64,000 bases of DNA, taken from positions 2,624,001-2,688,000 of the forward strand of contig CBDCWG010000012.1 of the NCBI GenBank assembly GCA_965223345.1, given 5' to 3'. This document shows positions 43,522 through 53,061 of this stretch, piece after piece. Positions within the stretch are counted from its first letter, which is position 1; each line of letters begins with the position of its first letter. The notes beneath the pieces are model-generated. The model saw only the letters and a program-made list of their open reading frames with translations. It had not been told where the DNA came from and ran no database searches. The position numbers and the translations under genes are program-made. Source of the DNA: Nitrospinales bacterium (GTDB taxonomy: Bacteria > Nitrospinota > Nitrospinia > Nitrospinales > VA-1).

Positions 43522-45843
43522 TCAGGAATCTTTGGATTTGATGGGGATGATGATCGGAATCTTGAGGGGTTCCCCGACGGAAAGGTTGTTGATGTCCTTA
43601 TCGGGATTGTAGGTGCTCAACAGCCAGAAGGGGATGAAGTACATGTCGTTGCAGATTTCCCACAGGGTCTCGCCCTTGCGCACTTCCCGCACCACCAGTT
43701 TGCTGACCTTGAAGTTGCTGAAAAAGTCATCCTGAATGGCTTTGTGGAATTCCTGCCGGCGCTCGTCGAACTTTTCCGGGTCGGTGTTGGTCATGGGGAC
43801 CAGGATCTTGGTGTGTACGGGAATGTGGGAGCGGCGGCGGATCTTGTTGATGCGGCGCAGCTTGCGCAACGAATATTGCGCCCATTCGGCGTAGTGGCTC
43901 AGCGTTTCGTCGAAATCCACGGTGATGACGCCCATGCGCGATGCTTCGTGTTCCTTGTTCTTGAACGCCACCGGCAAAAAGGCCGGGCGGTTGGTGTTCA
44001 TCTGATATGCGGGGACGGTCGCCTTGGCGAGCTGCACCTTCACTCCCGGTTCGAGATCGCCCGCCGAGTCGCTGACCACGGGGGCCTCTCCCTTCAACTG
44101 GGCGGTGGTCAATGCCGATTCTTCCAGTTTGCTTTTGACCTTCTTCTTCTTGGTCGATTTCACCGGAACCGGCAGGGTTTTTTTGGTTTTCGGAGGCACG
44201 GGCGTGCTCGCCGGCGGAACGGGATCGGCCTTGGCCAGAACCACAGGTTTGGCGGCTTTGACGGGATCCGGAACCTTGAGAATCTGACCGGGATAGATGG
44301 AATTGGCCCGTTTGATGCCGTTCAATCGCGCCAGTGTGTAGGGTTTGGTCTTGAACCGTTTGGCGATTTTGGTCAGGTTGTCGTGACGGCGCACGCGGTA
44401 CCTGCCGGTTTCCAAAGGCTGCTCGACCTGCTTTTGCAGCTTGGGCGACGCTTTCACGGTGAGAATGTTCGACCGCCTGGATTTTCTCGCCGGCGGAACC
44501 CGCAGCACTTTGCCGACATAAATGCGGTTTCTGCGGCCGATCTGGTTGAGCTGCTTCATCTCCCGCACCGACGTTCCGAAGCGCAGCGCCAGGCCGGACA
44601 GCGTGTCTCCCCGCTGCACGGTGTACCACTTGGAGCGGATCTGCGAGCCGAATTTCTCCGAAGTGGAGATCTTCTGGTAAAATGGCGCGAGGTCGTCGAA
44701 ACGCCGGGCCGGCGCCTGGAACACGAATCCTCGGGGAATGCGTTTCTGCCCGGAGATCACCGGTTTTCTCAGTGCGGGGTTGTATTTTGCCACTTCCTGC
44801 CGGGTCATGTCGAAGTGCCGCATGATCGAGCTGATGTGAACGTAATCGTCGAAGCGGATGGAAACGTGCCGGATCGGCGTTTCCTTTCTCAGGTTGGGAA
44901 AGTATTTATTCTCGTTGCGAACGACGTGCAGGGCCGCCAGAAATTCGGCGTAAAAGTTTCTCGATGCAAAGCCGAAGGTGCGGCTGCGGTATTTTTTGAT
45001 GATCTTGACGATGTCGTCGCCGTGCCGTTTCTTGGCGCGCGCCATGCCGCGGGTGCCGTGGTTGTAGGCGGTGATCGCCAGCGGCCAGCTTCGCAGCCGT
45101 TCGTAGTTGCTGCGCAGCAGTTTGGCGGCGGCGTGGGTGGACATGATCGGGTCGCGCCGCTCGTCCACATCGTATTTGACGCGCATGAACAGCCTGCCGG
45201 TACCGCGGGTGAACTGCCAGATGCCCGCCGCTCCCGCGCTGGAATAGGCGTTTTCCTGAAACGAGGACTCCACGTGCGGCAGCACGCTGAGTTCGACGGG
45301 CAGATCCTGAGCCTTGAAGATATCCCAGATCTGGTCCATGTATTTGCCGGAGCGGATGAGACCGCCTTCAAACCGGTCCTTTTGCCCGATCTGGCTGCGG
45401 ATCACGCGGGCGGCGCGGTAAAAGCCGTTCTTCACCAGGTCGTGGACGCGTTTTTCCTCTCCGGTCAGAAAGGCGCGGTTTTTCTTTTTCGCCAGCTTTC
45501 TGAGGATGGTCTTGTATTTGGATTTGATTTTTCTCAGCTTCCGGTCCCGGGACCGGCGCGACTTGTTGCTGCCCAGATACACCACTTCGTAGATGATCTC
45601 GACGTTGTCGGCATCGTGAATGACGGCGTAGTCGGTGGTGTATTTGGAGTAGATGTCGATCCAGAAATTGACCTGCGGTTCCAGACCCTGAGGTGTGGGA
45701 AATCCGTAGTCGTAAAGAGACGGGCCGTATTTTGCCGCGTTGTAACCGGGAAGACTGGCGGACGCCGGATGCGAAAGGGTTCCGGTGACGGCAAACAGGA
45801 CAAAAAACAGCAGTGCGCGGAGTTTGAACGAGATCTTTGCCAA
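43522..45843 (-). CDS. MltD-like lytic transglycosylase with multiple LysM domains
   Basis: PHVESSF, AGIWQF, AYNHG; LysM YTVQRGDTL, YRVRRHDNL, VRKGETLW; TTG start inferred. Confidence 0.9.
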   Translation of the reverse strand: MAKISFKLRALLFFVLFAVTGTLSHPASASLPGYNAAKYGPSLYDYGFPTPQGLEPQVNFWIDIYSKYTTDYAVIHDADNVEIIYEVVYLGSNKSRRSRDRKLRKIKSKYKTILRKLAKKKNRAFLTGEEKRVHDLVKNGFYRAARVIRSQIGQKDRFEGGLIRSGKYMDQIWDIFKAQDLPVELSVLPHVESSFQENAYSSAGAAGIWQFTRGTGRLFMRVKYDVDERRDPIMSTHAAAKLLRSNYERLRSWPLAITAYNHGTRGMARAKKRHGDDIVKIIKKYRSRTFGFASRNFYAEFLAALHVVRNENKYFPNLRKETPIRHVSIRFDDYVHISSIMRHFDMTRQEVAKYNPALRKPVISGQKRIPRGFVFQAPARRFDDLAPFYQKISTSEKFGSQIRSKWYTVQRGDTLSGLALRFGTSVREMKQLNQIGRRNRIYVGKVLRVPPARKSRRSNILTVKASPKLQKQVEQPLETGRYRVRRHDNLTKIAKRFKTKPYTLARLNGIKRANSIYPGQILKVPDPVKAAKPVVLAKADPVPPASTPVPPKTKKTLPVPVKSTKKKKVKSKLEESALTTAQLKGEAPVVSDSAGDLEPGVKVQLAKATVPAYQMNTNRPAFLPVAFKNKEHEASRMGVITVDFDETLSHYAEWAQYSLRKLRRINKIRRRSHIPVHTKILVPMTNTDPEKFDERRQEFHKAIQDDFFSNFKVSKLVVREVRKGETLWEICNDMYFIPFWLLSTYNPDKDINNLSVGEPLKIPIIIPIKSKDS

Positions 45844-46077
45844 CGGAATCTTCCTTTGCTTAATAATTAGAGGATTTTGACCGCCTGGGCGTTGTTTATG
45901 GGGGCGGCTGTGGCAAAGATGAGCCGGTTGACCGTGGGTGAATCCGCCCTGCTCCACAAGCGCTGAAAACTTGTAAAGCCTTTATTTTTAAAAGGATAAC
46001 AAAGCATCGTCGTGCCCGTCAAGATAAACTTTCGTGCCATTTCGCAGCCCCGATAAATTCCCTTGAATTACCGGTAT

Positions 46078-46386
46078 TTAACCGCTCTCCGGGGGTTGCC
46101 CGGATGTGGGGTATTCCTGGTTCAGCTTGTAGACAAATGCCAGTAATTCCGCCACTACCTGATAGACCGCTGCGGGAATTTCCTGATTTATATCCACTTG
46201 GGCCAGAATCTGCACCAGGTCCGCATCCTCTTTTATCGGGATGTTGTTTTCGAATGCCAGGGAGATCATCCGCTCCGCCAGCAGTCCCTCGCCTTTGGCG
46301 GTGACTTTGGGAGCCCGGCCCTGCGCCGGATCGTATTTCAGCGAGACCGCGGATTTTTTTGCGCCTGTGTTTTGCGGGGTTTCCAT
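46078..46386 (-). CDS. Stand-alone FlhB C-terminal domain protein (FlhX/YlqH-like)
   Basis: AVSLKYD..APKVTAKGEG..A....IP..ED..L...IPAAVYQVVAELLAFVY. Confidence 0.9.
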   Translation of the reverse strand: METPQNTGAKKSAVSLKYDPAQGRAPKVTAKGEGLLAERMISLAFENNIPIKEDADLVQILAQVDINQEIPAAVYQVVAELLAFVYKLNQEYPTSGQPPESG

Positions 46387-46447
46387 GCCGGAGGCTGCGT
46401 CCTTGCGATTGTGAGCCTGAATGGGTCAGGGATTTTAAATTAAAGGT

Positions 46448-47824
46448 TCAGGTGCGGATGTCCACCAGCCGCGAGGGGTCCCCGATCAATGCCTGGGGAA
46501 AATCCTCATCCACAGGCAGCGACACGTTTTCCCGCACCTGGCTGGTCAGCGTCGCCTTGAAACCCAGTTCGGCCATTTGGGCGCTGAATTGTTCCGGTCT
46601 CTGGTTGATGTAGCGCGCCACGTCCGGGTTTTCGGTGAATATGGTGACCGCAAGGCCTTCCGCGTCCACGCGGCTGTCCACCCGCAGGTTCCCGAGTGCC
46701 GAGAGGTCCAGCAGAAAAACCAGGTTGAAGTGTTTTTTGGCGTTGCGGCCCTGGCCCTCCCCGTCTCCGGCCGGCCTGAGATACAGCTTGATCGTCGGGT
46801 CGCCGTGCGCGAACGGATTGGGAATCTGCAAGAGCAGCGGCTGATTTTCCTGCCGGGCGTACTGATTGGAAAGCTGGTTGAGCTCGATGCTGTCCACCGC
46901 TTTCTGCAAAAGAGCCCGGGTGTCCGGATGCAGGTTCGGGGCCGCCGGGTCTTCCACCTGGGCGCCGGCGGTTTGTTGGGGCAGTGATCGCAGCAGCTGC
47001 AGCAGGCGGCCCTTCAGGTTGCCCGCCAGTTCGGCGCGGTTTTCGGCGGTCAGTCCCCGCTCCAGCGCGTGTTTCAGCCGGGCTTCGTAATCCAGCCCGG
47101 AGCGTTCGATCTGCGCTTTCAGCTGCGCGGCGTCCGGGACCCGGCCGCTGCCGGGCAGCAGTTCCTGCACGGTCTGCTTCAGACCGTTCGCCGCTTTGGG
47201 AGCCAGCTCCGCCAGCCGCGACCACTGGCCGGGATCGAAATTCGCCAGACGGGCGAGCAGTTCGCCCAGGGGTTTCAGAGAAGGCAGGTACGGCTTCAAC
47301 TGGCCGGGCGTCACCTGCTGAAGCACCGGGCCGGGGCTTTGCACGAGAAAATACAGCGGGCCGGGCTGCCGGGCGCCCGCCACGGTGACGGGCAGCGACT
47401 GGCCGGGTTTCAGCGTTCGCGCGCCGTCCGTGTGGACGACGACGTTCTTCTGCTGGATACGGGTGATGACCGTGGTTTCGTCGAGTACCCGGGCGATCGG
47501 CACGCGCAGGGTCTGGCCTTCTTTCAGGTTGAGGTTCCTGAGGTCGGTCTGCGTGAGCGCGCTGGCGGTGGCGTTGCCTTGCGGGCGCAGCCGGGTGCTG
47601 ACGGAATCCGTTTGCGTCTGCGATGCCGCCTGGGATGTTGTGGATTGCGGGCCGCCGTCGAGGACCTTCAACACGGTGGCGGGATGCGTGGTCTCGACGC
47701 GGACGGTGAGGGCCTGGTTTTTCGCCGGTTGGTTTTGCAGATCGACGGGGACCTTGTGCCCGTTGAAGTTGATCAGCACGCCGCCTTCGGGCAGGTTTTT
47801 CAGCACCACCCCGGACAGGATCAT
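46448..47824 (-). CDS. Flagellar hook-length control FliK-like protein (start uncertain)
   Basis: SGLDYEARL, LQIP, LDLSALGNLRV, ends LVDIRT; adjacent to FlhB-like gene; coding frame extends to 47935. Confidence 0.75.
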   Translation of the reverse strand: MILSGVVLKNLPEGGVLINFNGHKVPVDLQNQPAKNQALTVRVETTHPATVLKVLDGGPQSTTSQAASQTQTDSVSTRLRPQGNATASALTQTDLRNLNLKEGQTLRVPIARVLDETTVITRIQQKNVVVHTDGARTLKPGQSLPVTVAGARQPGPLYFLVQSPGPVLQQVTPGQLKPYLPSLKPLGELLARLANFDPGQWSRLAELAPKAANGLKQTVQELLPGSGRVPDAAQLKAQIERSGLDYEARLKHALERGLTAENRAELAGNLKGRLLQLLRSLPQQTAGAQVEDPAAPNLHPDTRALLQKAVDSIELNQLSNQYARQENQPLLLQIPNPFAHGDPTIKLYLRPAGDGEGQGRNAKKHFNLVFLLDLSALGNLRVDSRVDAEGLAVTIFTENPDVARYINQRPEQFSAQMAELGFKATLTSQVRENVSLPVDEDFPQALIGDPSRLVDIRT

Positions 47825-47955
47825 CCCCGGCCGCAGCCGCTGGATGAAACGCGCCGCCGACGCCGCATCGCCGGAGCCGGACAGGATTTTGAGGAAGTTT
47901 TCAGGAATCGAGTCGATGGGGAGGGCCTCCCTGCCCTAGACAATTGCCGCTGGAA

Positions 47956-48426
47956 TCATTTGCGTAAACTGAGAGTGAGCTCGACTTCCCCCACCGGGAT
48001 CTGCACCTTGCGGGCGATTTCCTGGGAGTTCAACCCCTGGGACGCCAGCGCCACGACCTGGGAATACTTGTCGTCCTGCGGCGTTTCCGCTTTGCGGCTG
48101 CTCACCGCTGCGGGCACCGCGGTGGCGCGTGGAGCCGGCATTTCCGCCAGCAGGTTTTGCAGCGCCTGGATCTTGCGGTTCAACTCGCCGGAAATTTCCG
48201 CCGCCGAAGCCTGCTTGCGTTCGATGTCCTCATTGATCTTTTCCGAAACCTTCAGGGCTTCCTCGACGGACTGGTTCAACGAAAGGATCAGGTATTGCCA
48301 GTCCATTCCGTTTTCCTTGCCGGTATCGTTTTTTTTCTCCAGCCTGCCGAGCCGCATCATGCAGTACACCAATCCCGCAAGCAGGATCAGGTTCAAACCG
48401 GTCTGAATGAGGGTCCAGGAATCCAT
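47956..48426 (-). CDS. TM - coiled coil - C-terminal HTH-like protein (DUF2802/DUF6115-like)
   Basis: LASQGLNSQEIARKVQIPVGEVELTLSL. Confidence 0.75.
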   Translation of the reverse strand: MDSWTLIQTGLNLILLAGLVYCMMRLGRLEKKNDTGKENGMDWQYLILSLNQSVEEALKVSEKINEDIERKQASAAEISGELNRKIQALQNLLAEMPAPRATAVPAAVSSRKAETPQDDKYSQVVALASQGLNSQEIARKVQIPVGEVELTLSLRK

Positions 48427-48439
48427 GTGAAAAACCGGG

Positions 48440-48751
48440 TCAGATGACCACGTCGATCGTTTCCCCCTGATTGCCCCGTATGCGTGCGGGCGGGGTCTCC
48501 GGAGCCTTGGGTTTCGCGTTGCGTTTTTTTCTGTGTCCGGGGCCCTTTGCGTCGGGGTCGGTGGCGTTGGCAGCGGCGCCGGATTTCGCGTTCTGGACGG
48601 ATTTGCGTTTCAGTTCGTCGGCGATTTTCCGTTCTTCATCGAGGTGATGCGCGCTGGTGTTGGGCAGTTGTTGCATCGTCTGCTGCAGTTTTTCGGCATG
48701 CGTCCCCATCTGCAGCACTTGCTGGATATTGACTGGAGGCACCGTTGACAT
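48440..48751 (-). CDS. Hypothetical protein, flagellar-cluster associated
   Basis: 103 aa, AAAGGT RBS, ends GETIDVVI. Confidence 0.7.
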   Translation of the reverse strand: MSTVPPVNIQQVLQMGTHAEKLQQTMQQLPNTSAHHLDEERKIADELKRKSVQNAKSGAAANATDPDAKGPGHRKKRNAKPKAPETPPARIRGNQGETIDVVI

Positions 48752-48856
48752 GATTTTTACCTTTTTAGATAGGTTTTCCTAAATATTTTAACGAATTACG
48801 CGGGAAATTACCAAGATTTAAGAGGGCCGGAATCCGTTCCGCTCCCGATGTTTTTC

Positions 48857-48884
48857 GCATCGGCTGCACACCGGGATTACTTGA
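48857..48884 (-). promoter_or_regulatory. Candidate sigma28 (FliA) promoter
   Basis: TCAAG-N15-GCCGATGC upstream of flagellar mini-operon. Confidence 0.45.
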
Positions 48885-49149
48885 TGCCAATCTGAGGTTT
48901 GCGGCCGTTTTGTGGGTAAAAAGCCCCGGGTTTTCAAAGGATTTGCTGGCAGCCGCGGCGGGGGACCCGGTTGGATGCCACAGCCTGGGATCTGAATTCA
49001 CTGTAAATTATAAAATAACAATGGGTTACTAGGTTGAAATTAATTGTAAAATGCATAAGCTGCTGATATATTGGGGTAAACCAAAAAAATTGCAACCCGT
49101 CGTCCCGGTGCTCGTTGCTTTTGCGGGGCGCTCCTGCCACAGGTCTGTT

Positions 49150-50361
49150 TTGAAGAACTTCGTATCGAACAGGAGAAAAATCCATCTGGCGGTTTGCGGC
49201 CTCGGCCTCAGCCTGTTCATCTTCGCTCTCGATCTTAGATTGCCTCTGGGAGTCGCCGGGGTGGTTCCTTATGTCGCGGTGGTGCTGCTCGGGCTGTTGA
49301 CCTCCGGCACCGGTTTCGTGATCGCGGCGGCGATCACGAGTTCTATCCTCACTTTGCTGGGGCTGCATCTCTCGCCGCCCGGCGGGGAATTCTGGCTGGT
49401 TTTTACCAACCGCATTCTGGCCATTTTCGCCATCTGGGTCACGGCGGGCCTGTGCCTGCTGCAGAAGCGCTACGAAAAAAAGCTGCTGGACAACCAGAAA
49501 CTGCTTGAGTCCCGGGTGGAGGAGAAGACGGAAGACGCCAAAAGGGCCATGCGCCATATGGCTATGGATGAAAAAAGGATCAAACAATACGCGGAGGATT
49601 TGATCCGCAGCAACCGCGAGCTGGATGAGTTCGCGTTCATCGTTTCCCACGATCTCAAGGAGCCGCTGCGCGGCATCTACAATTATTCGTCGTTCCTCAA
49701 GGAAGACTACGGCGACGTTCTCGATGCGGAGGGTTGCGCCAAACTGGACACGCTGCAGCGGCTGACCAGGCGCATGGAGGTTCTGATCAGCACGATTCTG
49801 CGTTACTCCCGTCTGGGCAAAAGCAAAGTCAGCATGAAGCCCGAGGATCTGAATGCGGTGGTGAAGGAGGCTTTGGACAATCTGGGTTCCCGGCTGAGTG
49901 AATCGAACGCCGAGGTGCGCTTTGAGGAAAATCTGCCGGAAGTGGTCTGCAACCGGGTGCAGATGGTGGAAGTGTTTCAGAACCTGATCGCCAATGCGGT
50001 GCGGTACAACGACAAGCCGGAAAAACGCGTGGAGATCGGCATCCTGCGCAATCCCCTGCTAACGGAAGACAACACACGCGATCCGGATGTGTTCTACGTG
50101 CGCGACAACGGCATCGGTATCCAGGAGAAGCATTTTGAGTCCCTGTTCCAGATTTTCAAGCGACTGAACGGGAAAGAAAAATTCGGCGAGGGTACCGGAG
50201 CCGGGACCACGATCAGCAAGAAGATCATCGAGCAGCACGGCGGCCGGATCTGGCTGGAATCCACCGTCGGCAAAGGCACCACCTTCTATTTCACGCTGAG
50301 CGCAGAAAATCCGCAAAGCGCCGATCCGGCTCCTGCCGCCTCTGAAGAAGCGCTGGCGTAA
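49150..50361 (+). CDS. Membrane-bound sensor histidine kinase (phytochrome-like kinase core)
   Basis: About 4 TM segments; FAFIVSHDLKEPLR, QNLIANA, DNGIGI, GTGAGT; start uncertain (49051 or 49150). Confidence 0.9.
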   Translation: MKNFVSNRRKIHLAVCGLGLSLFIFALDLRLPLGVAGVVPYVAVVLLGLLTSGTGFVIAAAITSSILTLLGLHLSPPGGEFWLVFTNRILAIFAIWVTAGLCLLQKRYEKKLLDNQKLLESRVEEKTEDAKRAMRHMAMDEKRIKQYAEDLIRSNRELDEFAFIVSHDLKEPLRGIYNYSSFLKEDYGDVLDAEGCAKLDTLQRLTRRMEVLISTILRYSRLGKSKVSMKPEDLNAVVKEALDNLGSRLSESNAEVRFEENLPEVVCNRVQMVEVFQNLIANAVRYNDKPEKRVEIGILRNPLLTEDNTRDPDVFYVRDNGIGIQEKHFESLFQIFKRLNGKEKFGEGTGAGTTISKKIIEQHGGRIWLESTVGKGTTFYFTLSAENPQSADPAPAASEEALA

Positions 50362-50411
50362 ACAACCGCAGCCTCCCTGCGCCGTGTTGCGCCTGCGTCA
50401 CGCGTCCCCCG

Positions 50412-50780
50412 CTAGGAGCAGGGATATTCCTTTTTCAGCGAATCGACGATCAGCCGGGGGGAATCCTTCGCAAGGTTTTCCGGGTCCTTTTTGATGTGAG
50501 CGATGATGCTGTCTCTGGCCTGGAAGTAGCTCACTTTTTTATCCATGATGCAGATGCTTTTTTTGTGTGCGTTGGCGATGGAGGACATCAGAAGGGTGTC
50601 GATGACGCCCATGATGTAGCCGGTGCAGGCTTCCTGATGGCCGATCACTTTGGACTCGCAGACCGCCAGCAGTTCCTTTCCCATTTGCAGGCTGCCCGAC
50701 TGGGCGGATGCTGCAAAAGAAACCATGAGGAATGCGGCGCCAACGAGGATTCCTGCTAAGGTTTTTTTGAAAAAATTCAT
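50412..50780 (-). CDS. Rap1a/Tai-family immunity-like exported protein
   Basis: Signal peptide; G-ELL..C...C.GYI.GV.D...C...YPC four-Cys pattern. Confidence 0.75.
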   Translation of the reverse strand: MNFFKKTLAGILVGAAFLMVSFAASAQSGSLQMGKELLAVCESKVIGHQEACTGYIMGVIDTLLMSSIANAHKKSICIMDKKVSYFQARDSIIAHIKKDPENLAKDSPRLIVDSLKKEYPCS

Positions 50781-50898
50781 CTATCCCTCCCCTTTCGTGA
50801 GTTTCTTTCTCCGGTTCTCTGCCATCCCGGAGAAATCCCGTTGATTTTAATGTACTCCGGTTTTCTTCTCCTGTAAATGAGCGGCTTGGTTCCATTCA

Positions 50899-51465
50899 TC
50901 ATGGCACAGCGTTGCCGGGCTGTGCAGGGGAAACGGGCTTGTCCGGCTCCGGCTGGCGTCCGGTTTTTTGCAGCGTGTCGGCGTAGATTTCCCGGATGTG
51001 GAGCACCAGCGGGTCCTCCGGCCCCAGCGCTTCCTGCCAGATGGCCAGGGCGCGTTCATAAAGAGGCAGCGCTTCTTCATACTTTCCCAGGATCCGCCGG
51101 ATCTCGGCCAGGTTGTTCAGGCTCGCCGCCACATTGGGGTGGGTGGGCCCGAGGATTTTTTCGTCGAGCGCCAGCACGCGCTGGATGAAGCGCTCGGCTT
51201 CGGCGTATTTTTTCTCGGACTGGTAATAGCGGGCCAGCGTGTCGAGACTGCGGTGCAGGCGCGGGTCGTCCTCGGAGAACGTTTCCGCTTCTTTGAGCGC
51301 GTTCAAAAAATGCGCTTCGACCCGGCCGTGTTCCCCTTTCTCATGAGCTGTCCAGCCGGCCTGGTAGTGCTCTTCCCAACCCCAGTCCGGGAAAAAAGCG
51401 GTTTTGGCGTAGAGAATCGAGCCCACGACAGCCACGAAAATGGCGGCGGCTTTGGTCTTGGTCAT
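50899..51465 (-). CDS. Kinesin-light-chain-type TPR protein
   Basis: LGPTHPNVAASLNNLA...YEEALPLYERALAI. Confidence 0.88.
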   Translation of the reverse strand: MTKTKAAAIFVAVVGSILYAKTAFFPDWGWEEHYQAGWTAHEKGEHGRVEAHFLNALKEAETFSEDDPRLHRSLDTLARYYQSEKKYAEAERFIQRVLALDEKILGPTHPNVAASLNNLAEIRRILGKYEEALPLYERALAIWQEALGPEDPLVLHIREIYADTLQKTGRQPEPDKPVSPAQPGNAVP

Positions 51466-51486
51466 GGTTGCCTTTTATAACGGGTG

Positions 51487-52905
51487 TCAAGCCGGTCTGT
51501 CCACCCGCCTGCCTTCCAGATGCCAGTAGGCGTTCAAATCCTTCTGCACCAGCGCCAGAATGCCTCCCTGAACCCAGATGATCAGAATCTCGAACCACCA
51601 GTAAAACTGAAAGCCCGGCGGCAGCACTTTGCGCACCACACTCGATGCGAAAAACAGAACGACGATGAAAACGACGGTGAACGATCGTTGCAGTCTCTCA
51701 TTCAAAATACGCTTGACCGTGCGCAGAAGAAAAAACACGAAAACCGTTTCGATGACGGCCAGGGCCAACATGAAGGGGACGACGGCCCCGGAGTCCGCCG
51801 GTTTCTGGCCCAGGGCCTTGAGAACGGTGCCGAGCACGAAAAACGGCAGCACGGTCAGGACGAAAAAGCTCAGCGCCTGCAGCTCGGGGTTGACGTCGAT
51901 GTGTTTGTAGTTGCGAAACTCCCGGTAAATCCTGTGAAGCCAGAAATAAAGATACAGGCCGAAGGTCAATCCGTAGATCAGGAAAAACTGCATCACCGGT
52001 TGTCCTGTGGGCGGGATCTTGATCCGCTTCTTGAACCCCAGGCCGATCTCCGCGCACAGCAGCTCGCGGGTGGACATTTTTTCACCGGTCGCTTCCGCCG
52101 TCAGCACATCGTCCAGCTTCAGCCTTCCCTTGGCGAGCAGGTCGCGGATGTCCTTGAGGTACAACGGACCCCATTTTTCGCCTTTTTTCAAGATGGAAAA
52201 TTTTTTCAGGGAGGATTCGACATACATGGAATGCCGGGCCAGTTCCTTTTTGGCCCGCAGGCCCAGATAGATTCCCAGGACCACGATGGCGAACACCAGA
52301 TAGATCGCTCCGGCGCCATTGGAAAAGGCGGCGGTGTCGTACAGGCCATGCAGGACGATCACCAGAACCAGCCCGGCGGTCAGGTTTTGCACCGGATTGG
52401 CGCAGAATCGGGCCTTGCCCATGAAATAGCCCAGAATGACGCCGTCGAACGCGTGGCCGGGCACCGCGGTGAGCAGCCGCATGATGCCGACTTCATAGCC
52501 TCCGGGCAGAATGTACAGCAGGTTCTCGACCGTCGCGAACCCGCAGCCCAGCACGCCTCCGTAGACGATCCCGTCGAACGGCTCGCTGAACTCACGGTGG
52601 TCGTAGATGAAGCCTTTCAGGAACAGGAATTTGCACAGCTCTTCCGCCAGGGCCACGCCGAAAAAGGCGTAAAACGTCGTTTTCCACAGCGAGTGGGAGC
52701 CGTCGGAAAAAATGTCCTGCCAGCCGAAGAACTCGAGAAACTTCCCCTCAAAATAATGGGAGGGCAAACAGGCCAGCCCGCCCAGGAGGAAACTCAGCGC
52801 CACCAGATGCTTCGGTTCCGGCTCCCATTTGTCCGAGAAGTAAAGATAGACCCCGATGGCGATTCCCGGTCCCGCGGCCAGGTACAGTAGCTGTAAAATC
52901 TCCAT
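51487..52905 (-). CDS. PrsW-family intramembrane protease with GYF_2-like and DUF4234-like C-terminal domains
   Basis: DKWEPEP, EELCK, GFATVEN, VPGHA, LHGLYD; WGPL...L..G; LTFGLYLYFW. Confidence 0.85.
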   Translation of the reverse strand: MEILQLLYLAAGPGIAIGVYLYFSDKWEPEPKHLVALSFLLGGLACLPSHYFEGKFLEFFGWQDIFSDGSHSLWKTTFYAFFGVALAEELCKFLFLKGFIYDHREFSEPFDGIVYGGVLGCGFATVENLLYILPGGYEVGIMRLLTAVPGHAFDGVILGYFMGKARFCANPVQNLTAGLVLVIVLHGLYDTAAFSNGAGAIYLVFAIVVLGIYLGLRAKKELARHSMYVESSLKKFSILKKGEKWGPLYLKDIRDLLAKGRLKLDDVLTAEATGEKMSTRELLCAEIGLGFKKRIKIPPTGQPVMQFFLIYGLTFGLYLYFWLHRIYREFRNYKHIDVNPELQALSFFVLTVLPFFVLGTVLKALGQKPADSGAVVPFMLALAVIETVFVFFLLRTVKRILNERLQRSFTVVFIVVLFFASSVVRKVLPPGFQFYWWFEILIIWVQGGILALVQKDLNAYWHLEGRRVDRPA

Positions 52906-53061
52906 GTGTCGCTGCCTTTGCGGAGTGTTTCTGCGCCGTCCGGACGCGCGCGCAACCTTTGTACCATCATTTCAATGGAATTTTTGACTTTTTGCGTTGG
53001 TGGAGGGAGGTGGCGGACGAGGACGAGAGCCCGGCCGGGCGGCCGGACCCTCGATCGCGGT

